DNA of 64,000 bases from an uncultured delta proteobacterium (GTDB lineage Bacteria > Desulfobacterota > Binatia > UBA9968). Below the pieces are notes generated by a model, which ran no database searches, had not been told where the DNA came from, and saw only the letters and a program-made list of their open reading frames with translations. The position numbers and the translations under genes were made by a program. The first letter of the stretch is position 1; every line of letters starts with the position of its first letter. The stretch is from assembly GCA_963816145.1 (NCBI GenBank), contig CAWFJP010000018.1, positions 32,001 to 96,000 of the forward strand, written 5' to 3'. Positions 9,571 to 19,636 of the stretch are shown one piece after another.

Positions 9571-11967
9571 TTAAGGCTGAGCGCCGACGGAGAATCCGAG
9601 CACAGAAGTTTCGTCACCGGATTTCTTGGTAATGGGAAATCCGAGGTCGACACGCAATGGGCCAAAGGGAGACATCCAACGGCCGCCGAAACCGACCGAT
9701 CGACGCATGTCGCTGAAGTTGAACGAGTCGAAGGAATTGCCGACATCAAAAAACACTACACCCCGTAAACCGTATTGCTCCATAACGGGGAATGCGACCT
9801 CGGCATTGAGCACCACTGCTCTATCACCGCCGGTAACCTCAGTACCAGTACAGTTCTGGCCGTTACTATCGCAACCCGATGGCGAGCGGGGCCCGATACT
9901 TCGCTCGGCGAACCCCCGTATTGAATTAATACCACCGAGAAAATAGCGCTCAAACAACGGCAAATCGTTTCCTCCATCCTTGTTACCGGCAAAGCCGAGA
10001 CCATAACCGAGCTGGCCGCCAAGTCCTAAGACATAGGCACCACCCCAACTGGGGTCCTTTAACAAGGTGTAATACCAACGGGCGGTCAAATCGGTTTTCA
10101 GAAAGCGAGTGTCTCCACCCAAGCCTGCCATCTTCGTCGATATGCCAAGTTTAGACCCCTCTGTCGGTGTAAAGAAGTGATCCCGGCTATCATAGGTAAG
10201 GCTTGGGGTTACGCTACTTGTGAGACTCTTGCCCTCCTCGTCCTTAATGCTTTGAGAGGCGCCAGCCGAAACCCCCGTAATATCGTCATGGGTAAATTCA
10301 TAAGCCAAACCAGCGCGCATGAAGTCCCAATAAGTAATTTGCTGGCTTGCGTTAGCGTCAGAACCCGGCGCCGCGGCACTAACCGGGCTATTGAAAAATG
10401 GCAAGGTAAAGCCCTTTAATGGGTAGCTGCTATTGACCGCGAAGCCCATCTTCTTTTCGTTGAAGTCCGTATAATCACGAGTCGTGTTAAATGCGTCCAT
10501 CCCCAGTGATACTTTAGAATCTAGGAAATAGGGATCGGTTAGGTTGAAGATATAATCTTGCCGGCTGGAGCCAATGCTAAAATTGCCGCTCATGCTCTGT
10601 CCCCGGCCCATCAAATTCTTTTCCGAGACGTTGGCATTGAATAAGAAACCATCGCCACTACTGTAACCGGCGCCGACCTGAAATGTCCCGGTCGGTCCTT
10701 CCTTCACATCAACGTTGAGATCGAGTGCGTCCGGCTGATCGGTCTTTTTGGTGTTTAGCTGTACGTCCTCAAAATAACCGGTGCGCTGAAGCGCGTTGCG
10801 GCTCTGAGTTACTTTGACGCCGGAGTAGAGTTCCTGTTCATTGACAACTAACTCGCGGCGCACCACCTTGTCGCGAGTCTTGGTGTTTCCCGCTATCAAT
10901 ACCCGGTTGAAATAGACCGGCGGCCCTTTGTTGATCACCAGTGCGACATCGACTAATTTTTTCGCTTGATCGATCTGCGTCATCGGATCAACCTGCACGA
11001 AAGCGAACCCTTTGTTCGCATACATCTCGTTTAGGGTGGTAACATCGTCGCGCAACCTGTTGCCGCGAAAAATCTGTCCGGTCGTAAGCTTTACTGATTT
11101 GAGCATCTTCTGACCGTCTTCGATCAATTCTCCACCGATCTCGACTCGACCGACACGATACTGGGGCCCTTCACTTACCCGGAAAATCACTTCGAGACCG
11201 TCCTTTGCCCTGACAATCAACGGCTCATCGACCTTATTCTCGACGTAACCGTTGTCGTTGTAATGGTTCGAGAGTATCGCCACATCATTGGTCAAGATAT
11301 CGCGATCAAGAACACCGCGATTGGTGAAGTATGAAAAAATCCACTCCTCTTTGGTGGTCAGTAAATCCTTGAGTTCACTTTCGGAGAAAGCTTTATTGCC
11401 TTCAAACGATATACGTTTGATCAGTAACCGGTTCCCTTCAACGATGTCGAGCACCACCGCTACTTGGTTGTTCGCTTCAGGAGAGATAGCGAAGTCCACC
11501 GCAGCGTTGACATAGCCCTGTTCGGTGAAAAGCTTGCGCACCTTGTCGACACCCTCCGAAACTTTGCTCCGGTCTAAAATAGTCCGCGGAGACACCCCGA
11601 GAGCGGTCTCAACCTTGTCCTTCGACACCTGCGACAAACCCTGGATGCGCACTTCCCGGATATAGGGCTTCTCCTTGACCGCGTAGGTCAAGACATTGTC
11701 CGGCGACAACTCGGCTTGCACATCGTCGAAGAACCCCATACGGTAAATTGCTCTAACGTCTTGTTCGACAAGCGTGGGATTGAAAGGATCTCCCGGTCGA
11801 CTTTTAACATGCAAACGAATGCCGTCCTCTTCGACCCTAACGTTACCGCCGATACGCACGTCTTTGAGGCGAGCCGCCTCTTGAGCCGACGCAGAACTAT
11901 CGCCAAAACAGACCGCACCAAGTAATTTTAATATAAAAGCGATTGTGAGTAGTTTGGAAGGCTTCAT
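9571..11967 (-). CDS. bamA: Outer membrane protein assembly factor BamA
   Basis: POTRA repeats (GNTKTRDKVVRRE), IRGF motif, SPFGPLRVDLG C-terminal strands; exact start uncertain. Confidence 0.95.
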   Translation of the reverse strand: MKPSKLLTIAFILKLLGAVCFGDSSASAQEAARLKDVRIGGNVRVEEDGIRLHVKSRPGDPFNPTLVEQDVRAIYRMGFFDDVQAELSPDNVLTYAVKEKPYIREVRIQGLSQVSKDKVETALGVSPRTILDRSKVSEGVDKVRKLFTEQGYVNAAVDFAISPEANNQVAVVLDIVEGNRLLIKRISFEGNKAFSESELKDLLTTKEEWIFSYFTNRGVLDRDILTNDVAILSNHYNDNGYVENKVDEPLIVRAKDGLEVIFRVSEGPQYRVGRVEIGGELIEDGQKMLKSVKLTTGQIFRGNRLRDDVTTLNEMYANKGFAFVQVDPMTQIDQAKKLVDVALVINKGPPVYFNRVLIAGNTKTRDKVVRRELVVNEQELYSGVKVTQSRNALQRTGYFEDVQLNTKKTDQPDALDLNVDVKEGPTGTFQVGAGYSSGDGFLFNANVSEKNLMGRGQSMSGNFSIGSSRQDYIFNLTDPYFLDSKVSLGMDAFNTTRDYTDFNEKKMGFAVNSSYPLKGFTLPFFNSPVSAAAPGSDANASQQITYWDFMRAGLAYEFTHDDITGVSAGASQSIKDEEGKSLTSSVTPSLTYDSRDHFFTPTEGSKLGISTKMAGLGGDTRFLKTDLTARWYYTLLKDPSWGGAYVLGLGGQLGYGLGFAGNKDGGNDLPLFERYFLGGINSIRGFAERSIGPRSPSGCDSNGQNCTGTEVTGGDRAVVLNAEVAFPVMEQYGLRGVVFFDVGNSFDSFNFSDMRRSVGFGGRWMSPFGPLRVDLGFPITKKSGDETSVLGFSVGAQP

Positions 11968-12059
11968 GGATGGCTTCAAAAATCCGCTCTCCAAAGTTGC
12001 CAAGGTTTCCATTCTATTAGCAAAATGAGCCGTTGTTGTAAAGGTTTCTGAACTGGCGA

Positions 12060-12737
12060 CTAGCCAGCGTACAACTGGCCATCGCGCAGCTCGACCCGGC
12101 GGCCGATCTTGTCGGCAAACTCATGATTATGGGTGGCGACGATCAAAGCAATATTATATTCCAAATTGAGCTGGAATAGCAGCTCCTGCACCTCTGCGCC
12201 AATCCGCAAATCCAATGAGCCGGTGGGTTCGTCGGCCAGCACCAGACTGGGCTGGAGAATCACTGCCCGGGCAACCGCCACCCGCTGTTGCTCGCCGCCG
12301 GAAAGCTTTCCCGGGCGGTGGTTCATGCGGTCTTTCAGTCCGACACGTTCCAGCAATCGTTCGCCTTCACTGCGCGCCTGCTGCGCATTCATCCCCCGGA
12401 TCAACGCTGGAAACATGACATTTTCGATTGCCGAAAAATCCGGCAACAAATAGTGAAACTGAAAGACGAAGCCAATCTGCCGATTGCGGAACTCACACAG
12501 TGAGGTCTCGTCGTCCAACGGCAGCTCTTTGCCGCGAAAAAGAATCTGCCCGGAAGTGGGCCGGTCGAGAGTGCCGAGAATATGCAGAAGCGTGCTCTTG
12601 CCAACCCCCGACTGCCCGACAACAGCGACCCGCTCCCCTTCGGCCAAATCGAAGTTCGCGCCGCGCAGAACATGAATCTCGCTGGCACCTTCAATAAAAG
12701 ACTTGCGCAGGTCGCGCACGGCGAGCAGCTCACTCAT
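12060..12737 (-). CDS. lolD: Lipoprotein-releasing ABC transporter ATPase
   Basis: GQSGVGKST, GFVFQFHYLL, LSGGEQQR, LADEPTG; start overlaps the lolC/E stop. Confidence 0.93.
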   Translation of the reverse strand: MSELLAVRDLRKSFIEGASEIHVLRGANFDLAEGERVAVVGQSGVGKSTLLHILGTLDRPTSGQILFRGKELPLDDETSLCEFRNRQIGFVFQFHYLLPDFSAIENVMFPALIRGMNAQQARSEGERLLERVGLKDRMNHRPGKLSGGEQQRVAVARAVILQPSLVLADEPTGSLDLRIGAEVQELLFQLNLEYNIALIVATHNHEFADKIGRRVELRDGQLYAG

Positions 12738-13977
12738 AACGAATGATTTCGACGGGGTCCAATTTGGCCGCCTGGCGGGCCGGATAAAGACTCGCCAACA
12801 AACAGACGACAAAGGATGCCAATGCCACCATAATGAAGTTGCTCCAATAGATCCGCACGGGAACCGTTTGAATCAGAAAAACCCCATCCGGCAACTGAAA
12901 CTCATACTTGGAGATCAGGATACAGACCAAAAAACCCAAGATCACACCCAAGATCGTTCCCACCACGCCGATCAAACAGCCCTTCAACAAAAAAATCCGC
13001 CGGATGCTTTTTTGGGTCGCACCCATGGAACGCAGGATCGCAATGTCTTTACGCTTCTCCATTACGACCATGACAAGAGTCGAGACGATATTGAAGGCGC
13101 CGATCAACACCATCAAGAGCAAGACAAGAAAGTAAACGGTTTTTTCCAATTTCAGAGCGGAAAACAGATTGGGCCATAAGCGCGTCCAATCTTCGGCGAA
13201 ATAGGGGAATCCCAATTGCCGCTGAATCCGGTCGGCAATTTCGCGCGAGCGGCTGACGTCCTGCACCCGCATCTCGATATTGGTCACGCCATCGCCCAGT
13301 TCAAAAAACTTTTGGGCATCGGTGAGACTCATGAAAACCAGGGTCGAATCGATCTCGCTCATGCCGCTCTTGAGAATCCCGCTGACGACGAAGCGGCGCA
13401 CTTTAGGGATAACCCCGATCGCTGTGGGGCTGCCCAACGGCGACACCACCTGCACCGGACTGCCGCGAAAAACTCCCAGCTGATTGGCTAATCGCTCGCC
13501 GAGAATGATCCCCGGCAGGTTTACGGTCCGTTCATCGACTTGGATCGGGTGCTGAATTTTTAGTCCGTCGAGGCTGCCCTCGCGCATGAAACTCTGGATA
13601 TTCACCACGCCATTGACACGGTCCGGATCGACGCCGCGAACCACCACGCCGGTCACGCGCGGACCGGCAGTCAGCATCACCTGGCCGTAAATCGTCGGCG
13701 ACGCCGCGACCACGCCCGGCTCCTTGCTCATTCGCTCCACGAGCTTGTCGTAATCCCGCATCGGCTCGCCGGATTTGACCAGAGCAATATGAGCATTGAT
13801 GCCGAGCAACCGGTCGCGCAAGGTTTCTTCGAAACCGGTCATGACCGACATCACGACGTTTAAAGTCATCACGCCGATCATGACGCCGCAGATGGAAATC
13901 AGGGTGATGAGCGAGATGAACGTCTCGCGCCGGCGCGCCTGCAAGTAACGCAGGCCGATGAAAAGTTCGTAGCGCAT
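12730..13977 (-). CDS. Lipoprotein-releasing ABC transporter permease LolC/E
   Basis: YELFIGLRYL, SVMTGF, IGAFNIVSTL, DIAILRSMGA, YPARQAAKLDPVEIIRYE. Confidence 0.93.
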   Translation of the reverse strand: MRYELFIGLRYLQARRRETFISLITLISICGVMIGVMTLNVVMSVMTGFEETLRDRLLGINAHIALVKSGEPMRDYDKLVERMSKEPGVVAASPTIYGQVMLTAGPRVTGVVVRGVDPDRVNGVVNIQSFMREGSLDGLKIQHPIQVDERTVNLPGIILGERLANQLGVFRGSPVQVVSPLGSPTAIGVIPKVRRFVVSGILKSGMSEIDSTLVFMSLTDAQKFFELGDGVTNIEMRVQDVSRSREIADRIQRQLGFPYFAEDWTRLWPNLFSALKLEKTVYFLVLLLMVLIGAFNIVSTLVMVVMEKRKDIAILRSMGATQKSIRRIFLLKGCLIGVVGTILGVILGFLVCILISKYEFQLPDGVFLIQTVPVRIYWSNFIMVALASFVVCLLASLYPARQAAKLDPVEIIRYE

Positions 13978-13997
13978 CGGTTGGATCGACGTGGAAG

Positions 13998-15503
13998 CTA
14001 ACGGTGCGGGCGCAACAGGGGAAAAAGAATGACATCCCGGATGGAGGGCGAATCAGTGAAAAACATCACTAAGCGGTCAATGCCGATGCCCTCGCCGGCG
14101 GCGGGCGGCATGCCGTACTCGAGGGCGCGAACATAATCGTCATCGATGGGATTGGCTTCCTCATCGCCGGCGGCTCGGGCTTGCATCTGTTCGAGAAAAC
14201 GTTGCCGCTGGTCGGCCGGATCGTTGAGTTCGGAGAAAGCATTGGCAAGCTCCCGGCCGCCGATATAGAGCTCGAAGCGGTCGACCAGCGCCGGGCTTCG
14301 ATCGTTCTTGCGTGCCAGTGGCGAAACTTCGATCGGATACCCGGTCATGAACGTCGGCTGAATCAACTTCGCTTCGGCAACCTCCTCGAAAACCGCCACC
14401 AGAAGTTTACCGTAGGGAACATCGAGATCGATTTTCAGTCCGCGCTGTTGGGCGAAGGTTTGCAGCCTCTCAAGGCTCGCCACGTCTTTATCATCGGCGC
14501 CGCCATGAACCATGACCGCGTCGCGAATCGTCATGCGCTGCCAGGGCCGGGTCAAGTCAATGGTTGCGCCGTTGTAAGGCAGCTGCAACCCGCCGGCGAC
14601 ATCTTGGGCGATGGCGACAAACAACTCTTCGGTGAGCTGGATCAAATCCTCGAACGTCGCGTATGCCTGATAAAACTCAACCATGGTGAATTCTGGATTA
14701 TGCCGCACCGAGATTCCCTCGTTACGAAAACTCCGGTTGAGCTCGAAGACCCGCTCAAAACCGCCGACTAACAGACGCTTGAGAAAAAGCTCAGGGGCGA
14801 CTCGGAGATACAACTCCAAATCGAGGGCGTTGTGATGGGTGATGAACGGTTTAGCCGCCGCTCCGCCTGGGATCGACTGCATCATCGGTGTCTCGACTTC
14901 GAGAAAATCGCGGTCTTCAAAAAATCTCCGGACCAACCGCACGATGCGCGAGCGCTTTTCGAACAAGTCGCGCACGTCGAGGTTGACCATCAGATCGACA
15001 TAGCGCTGGCGGTAACGCGCTTCGACATCGGCCAAACCATGCCACTTTTCCGGCAGCGGTCGCAGACACTTGGTGAGCAAGCGCAGGCTCGCGGCTTCGA
15101 CGGTCAGTTCCTTGGTTTTGGTGCGAAATAGATGGCCGGAGACACCGACCAGATCGCCGACATCGAAGGTTTGAAACAACTCATAGGCATCATCGCCGAG
15201 CTTGTCTTTGCGCGCATAAATCTGCAGCCGGCCGCGCCGGTCTTGGATATGAAAAAAAGACGCTTTGCCCATGCGCCGGATCGCCATAATCCGCCCGGCC
15301 ACGGCAACGTTAAGTGACTTGGCGTGCAGCGCCTCGTCGCTCAAACTCGCCGCTTGGGCAAAAACATCCGCCACGGAATGAGACGGCTTGAAATCGTTGG
15401 GATAAACTATCTGCCCGTCATCGCGGAGCTTGGCGAGCTTCTGCTTGCGGACTTCGACCTGCTGGTTATCTTCTTCGACGCTAACCGTTTCGTTATCAGC
15501 CAT
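13998..15503 (-). CDS. lysS: Lysine--tRNA ligase (class II)
   Basis: RYRQRYVDL, FRNEG..RHNPEFT, YGMPPAAGEGIGIDR. Confidence 0.98.
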   Translation of the reverse strand: MADNETVSVEEDNQQVEVRKQKLAKLRDDGQIVYPNDFKPSHSVADVFAQAASLSDEALHAKSLNVAVAGRIMAIRRMGKASFFHIQDRRGRLQIYARKDKLGDDAYELFQTFDVGDLVGVSGHLFRTKTKELTVEAASLRLLTKCLRPLPEKWHGLADVEARYRQRYVDLMVNLDVRDLFEKRSRIVRLVRRFFEDRDFLEVETPMMQSIPGGAAAKPFITHHNALDLELYLRVAPELFLKRLLVGGFERVFELNRSFRNEGISVRHNPEFTMVEFYQAYATFEDLIQLTEELFVAIAQDVAGGLQLPYNGATIDLTRPWQRMTIRDAVMVHGGADDKDVASLERLQTFAQQRGLKIDLDVPYGKLLVAVFEEVAEAKLIQPTFMTGYPIEVSPLARKNDRSPALVDRFELYIGGRELANAFSELNDPADQRQRFLEQMQARAAGDEEANPIDDDYVRALEYGMPPAAGEGIGIDRLVMFFTDSPSIRDVILFPLLRPHR

Positions 15504-15568
15504 ATTGCTTTCGTTACCTAGCGAAAACTGCCGGGAAGGAAACTAAAAACTTCTGGAATTCGGAAAAA

Positions 15569-16432
15569 TTACAAACCCAGATTTTTGTGAATTGCCAAGA
15601 TTGAATAGGATTTGTTGAGTGTGTAGAAATGCAGCCCCGGTACGCCGAATTTGATCAACTCGTCGCACTGCCGGGTTGCATACTCGATGCCCAGCTCAAC
15701 CGCGGCATCCTCATCGCTCTCGACTTTGACCAACTCTCTCTCCAGTTTAGCCGGAATCTTCGAACAACAGAGCGAGGTGAAACGGCGCACCTGTGGCGCC
15801 GACTGAAGCGGTAAGACTCCAGGAATAATCGGCACGGTCACGCCGAGCTTGCGCAGATCGTCGCTGAAACGGTAAAAATCTTGGTTGTCGTAAAACAGTT
15901 GTGTGATGATGGCATCGGCCCCGGCATCGACTTTTTCTTTGAGAAATCGCAGATCGGCTTGTCGGCTGACCGCCCGCGGATGGACTTCCGGAAAGCCCGC
16001 CACAGCAACCGAAAAACACCCCATCGCCACCGCTTCGCGAACTAACTCGATGGCATGCTGAAAACCTTCCGGGTGCGGTTGCCAGTCCGCCATTCCCTGG
16101 GGTGGGTCACCGCCGAGAGCGAGAATATTTTCAATACCGAATTCTTCGAGTTTTCTTAGTATATTCCGGGCATCGTCCTTCGATTGACCAACCACGGTAA
16201 GATGGCACATCACTTCGAGACCACAACCGGAATGAATCGTATCCACCAAATCGACGGTTTTTTCGCGCGTGCTTCCGCCCGCCCCGTACGTAACAGAACA
16301 GAAGCCGGGGTTTATCCTCTTGATCAGCTCGATCTCGCTGAAGAGGTTTTCCTCGCCTTTTTCTGTCTTTGGAGGAAAGAACTCAACCGATAGGGTCAAC
16401 CTAGGTTGGCTGTAAAGCTCGGCTAATCTCAC
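15569..16432 (-). CDS. metF: 5,10-methylenetetrahydrofolate reductase
   Basis: SVEFFPPK, SVTYGAGGS, KVDAGA, ITQLFY, LHFYTLN. Confidence 0.95.
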   Translation of the reverse strand: MRLAELYSQPRLTLSVEFFPPKTEKGEENLFSEIELIKRINPGFCSVTYGAGGSTREKTVDLVDTIHSGCGLEVMCHLTVVGQSKDDARNILRKLEEFGIENILALGGDPPQGMADWQPHPEGFQHAIELVREAVAMGCFSVAVAGFPEVHPRAVSRQADLRFLKEKVDAGADAIITQLFYDNQDFYRFSDDLRKLGVTVPIIPGVLPLQSAPQVRRFTSLCCSKIPAKLERELVKVESDEDAAVELGIEYATRQCDELIKFGVPGLHFYTLNKSYSILAIHKNLGL

Positions 16433-16532
16433 ACAATTCCTAGATGACTACCTGACGCCCACTACTATTAGTAGCACAACGTTTTGGCATCGACAAATGT
16501 TCATCGACGAAAAATGCAAAAAGTTTCCAGGG

Positions 16533-16943
16533 TTAGACAGTTTTGGCGCGTTCGCGCGCGGCCATCGGATCGCATCCCGAATCGCTTTCGGGCGTGATTA
16601 GCCCCCGGAGCGCGTCGGTATGATCGAGCCAGAGTTTTTTGATCTCGTCGGATATGCCGTGGGCCTCGATGCACTCCTTCAGAATTTGCCGCCTTCTCGC
16701 GAAATGGCCGCCCATAATCGGGAACTTACGGTGCACCTGATCTAACGGTCGACCGCCATATTCGACATTGGCGCCGAGAAAACTTGCGGCCAACTGATAT
16801 TCCATCTCTTTAATGCGCGCCTTATCGGCGCCACGAAAGAAAAATCCGATCATTCGGTCAGCGAAAACCCGCTCGATGAAGATATCGACCACCGCGCGCA
16901 GTTTCGCTTCACCGCCCAACTGTTCAAACGGCGTCAAGGGCAT
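16533..16943 (-). CDS. Group I (2/2) truncated haemoglobin
   Basis: FEQLGGEA, IGFFF, LGA..YGGR, proximal His in VHRK; 136 aa. Confidence 0.85.
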   Translation of the reverse strand: MPLTPFEQLGGEAKLRAVVDIFIERVFADRMIGFFFRGADKARIKEMEYQLAASFLGANVEYGGRPLDQVHRKFPIMGGHFARRRQILKECIEAHGISDEIKKLWLDHTDALRGLITPESDSGCDPMAARERAKTV

Positions 16944-16999
16944 AGGAATCTCAATTGGAATCGTTGGTCCTAGCTAAAACCCGGGACAGTTCAACGCGA

Positions 17000-17320
17000 T
17001 CACATCATCCCCAACTGGAGCCGCGCCGCTTCCGACATTTTAGCTTGATCCCAAGGCGGGTCCCACACGAGATCGATGGACACATCGGTGACACCTGAAA
17101 TCGTCCGGACCTTACCTTCGATTTCCGCCGGCATCGACTGCACCGCCGGGCAATGCGGCGAGGTCAGCGTCATGCGAATCATCACCGCTCCTTCGGCGCT
17201 CACCTCGACCAAATAGATCAAGCCCAGCTCGTAAACATTCACCGGGATCTCCGGGTCGAAAACAGTGCGCAAAGCCTCGATGACTTCAGCTTCGATAATG
17301 GTCTGATTGATGCTTTCCAT
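17000..17320 (-). CDS. DUF59/MIP18-family Fe-S assembly protein
   Basis: VFDPEIPVNVYELGLIY, MTLTSPHCP, LVWDPPW. Confidence 0.92.
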   Translation of the reverse strand: MESINQTIIEAEVIEALRTVFDPEIPVNVYELGLIYLVEVSAEGAVMIRMTLTSPHCPAVQSMPAEIEGKVRTISGVTDVSIDLVWDPPWDQAKMSEAARLQLGMM

Positions 17321-17332
17321 ATGCTCTCGCGG

Positions 17333-17881
17333 CTATTCAATACCGAGTTGATGTTTGGCTTCGACCGACATGCGGCCCTGGCTCCACGGCGGATCCCAAA
17401 CCAAATCAACGGTCGCCTCGCGCACATCGCTCACTTCGAGCAACTTGCGCTGGATATCCGCCTTGAAAACCTCACCCATGCCGCAACCCTGCGCCGTCAA
17501 GGTAAATTGCACCAAGGCTTTGTAGCCACCGCCTGGCAACGCTTCGACCCGGCAGTCATAGATCAGACCTAAGTCAACAATATTGACTGGGATTTCCGGA
17601 TCGAAACAGGAGCGCAGTTGTTGCCAGACCCGCTCTTGCACCGAACCCGCATCTCCCGTCGTTGGCGCAACCGGCGATGCCGCATCCACCAAACCAAGCG
17701 CGTCGCCATCGCGACCATCAATGCGCACCGTATAGCCGTGATCGGTCATCACCGTGTAACCGCCGCCCAACGCCTGGGTAAGCCACACCTGACTGCCGGA
17801 GTGAAGCGACAGCGGTTCGCCGCTCGGCACCATCACTGCCGGACAATCCCGTTTCAGAATAATCGGTTTGTCAGTTGTCAT
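17333..17881 (-). CDS. sufT: Putative Fe-S cluster assembly protein SufT (N-terminal extension plus DUF59)
   Basis: TQALGGGYTV, RIDGRDGDALG, FDPEIPVNIVDLGL, TLTAQGCGMG. Confidence 0.9.
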   Translation of the reverse strand: MTTDKPIILKRDCPAVMVPSGEPLSLHSGSQVWLTQALGGGYTVMTDHGYTVRIDGRDGDALGLVDAASPVAPTTGDAGSVQERVWQQLRSCFDPEIPVNIVDLGLIYDCRVEALPGGGYKALVQFTLTAQGCGMGEVFKADIQRKLLEVSDVREATVDLVWDPPWSQGRMSVEAKHQLGIE

Positions 17882-17917
17882 TGTCGTCGCCGCCTATTCG
17901 GTTTCGCGTCGCCGAAT

Positions 17918-18370
17918 TCATTCGGTTTTAGCCGGTTGATTTTCGCCTTTTAGTGCCGATTCCATGGTGTGCCAGGCAAGGCTGGCGCACTTCACCCGGG
18001 CGGGAAACTTGCATACGCCCGAGAGTATCGCCAATTTGCCGACCCGCTCGCTGCCGCCGTCACTACCCGCTTCGCCGGTGAGCATGTGATGAACGTTTTC
18101 AAACAGTTCGTGTGCCGCACTCTCGGGCTTTCCCTTGAGCTCGGTCGTCATCATCGAGGCCGAAGCCTTGGAAATCGCGCAGCCGGAACCCTGAAAGCTG
18201 ATGTCCTTGATCACACCGTCTTCGACCTGCAGATACACCGTAACCTGATCCCCGCACAGCGGATTGTACCCTTCGGCGCGGCGATTGGCGCCGTCGATGG
18301 CGCGAAAATTCCGCGGGCTCTTGTTATGGTCGAGGATAACCTCTTGGTAGAGATCGTCGAGTTCCGACAT
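17918..18370 (-). CDS. sufU: SUF-system NifU-type sulfur-transfer protein
   Basis: LYQEVILDH, NPLCGD, GCAISKAS, PARVKCA. Confidence 0.95.
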   Translation of the reverse strand: MSELDDLYQEVILDHNKSPRNFRAIDGANRRAEGYNPLCGDQVTVYLQVEDGVIKDISFQGSGCAISKASASMMTTELKGKPESAAHELFENVHHMLTGEAGSDGGSERVGKLAILSGVCKFPARVKCASLAWHTMESALKGENQPAKTE

Positions 18371-19632
18371 CAGCCAAACACCTTCAAGACGCGCTCAATG
18401 GCGTGCACCAACACGTCAATTTCTTCGATGGTATTGTAGAACGCAAAAGACGCCCGCGCCGTCGCCGGCACGCCGAAGCGCTGCATCACCGGCATGGCAC
18501 AATGGTGACCGGCGCGCACCGCAACGCCCTCCTGATCGAGGATCGTGCCGACATCGTGAGCATGCACATGATCAAAAACAAACGATAACACCCCGGCCTT
18601 TTCCTTTGCTGTGCCAATAATGCGCAGCGCCGGAATTTGCTCGAGCGCCGCGGTGGCGTAGCGCAGCAATCGATTTTCATGGGCCGCCACCGCCGGCCAA
18701 TCGAGGGAGCGCAAATAGTCCACCGCGGTGCCCAAAGCGATACCGTCGGCGATGTTCGGTGTGCCGGCCTCGAATTTGTACGGCAGCACATTGTAGTGAG
18801 TCTTCTCGAAGGTCACCAGACTGATCATGTCGCCGCCGCCCTGGTACGGCGGCATTTTTTCCAAGAGTTCGGCACGACCGTACAAGACCCCGACTCCGGT
18901 CGGCCCAAACATCTTGTGACCGGAAAAGGCGTAAAAATCGCAATCGAGATCCTGCACGTCGATTTGCAAATGCGGCACCGCCTGGGCGCCGTCGAGCAGC
19001 ACCGGCACACCGCGGCCGTGGGCCAGGTCGACGATCTGTTTCACCGGCACCACGGTGCCGAGGGCATTGGAAACATGGGTGACGGAAACGAATTTAGTTC
19101 TGTCGTTAAGCAAGCGGTCATATTCTTCCATGACAATCTCGCCGGCATGGTTGATCGGAATCACCCGCAGCTTGGCGCCGGCCTGCTCGCAGAGCATCTG
19201 CCATGGCACGATGTTGGAGTGATGCTCCATCGCCGAGACGATAATCTCGTCACCGGCCTGCAAAAACGCCCGGCCGTAACTCTGCGCCACTAGGTTGATC
19301 GCCTCGGTGGTGCCGCGCACGAAGATAATCTCTTGTTCCGAACGAGCATTGATAAAGCCGCGCAGTTTACCGCGCGCCGCCTCGTAGGCCGCCGTGGCCT
19401 GCTCGCTCAAATGGTGCACGCCGCGGTGGATGTTGGAATTTTCTGCCCGGTAGTAATGATCAATAGCTTCAATGACGCAGAGCGGCTTTTGGCTGGTGGC
19501 ACCGTTGTCGAAATAGACCAGCGGCTTGCCGTGGACCTTCTGACTGAGGATCGGAAAGTCTTGGCGCACCCGGGCGACATCGAACTTGGCTGGCGCGCCG
19601 ATCTCAGCGCTCTGCTGCGACACCCCTTTCAT
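18370..19632 (-). CDS. sufS: Cysteine desulfurase
   Basis: YFDNGATSQKP, MEHHSN, FSGHKM, VRAGHHCA; start trimmed to MKGV. Confidence 0.97.
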   Translation of the reverse strand: MKGVSQQSAEIGAPAKFDVARVRQDFPILSQKVHGKPLVYFDNGATSQKPLCVIEAIDHYYRAENSNIHRGVHHLSEQATAAYEAARGKLRGFINARSEQEIIFVRGTTEAINLVAQSYGRAFLQAGDEIIVSAMEHHSNIVPWQMLCEQAGAKLRVIPINHAGEIVMEEYDRLLNDRTKFVSVTHVSNALGTVVPVKQIVDLAHGRGVPVLLDGAQAVPHLQIDVQDLDCDFYAFSGHKMFGPTGVGVLYGRAELLEKMPPYQGGGDMISLVTFEKTHYNVLPYKFEAGTPNIADGIALGTAVDYLRSLDWPAVAAHENRLLRYATAALEQIPALRIIGTAKEKAGVLSFVFDHVHAHDVGTILDQEGVAVRAGHHCAMPVMQRFGVPATARASFAFYNTIEEIDVLVHAIERVLKVFG

Positions 19633-19636
19633 AGGC

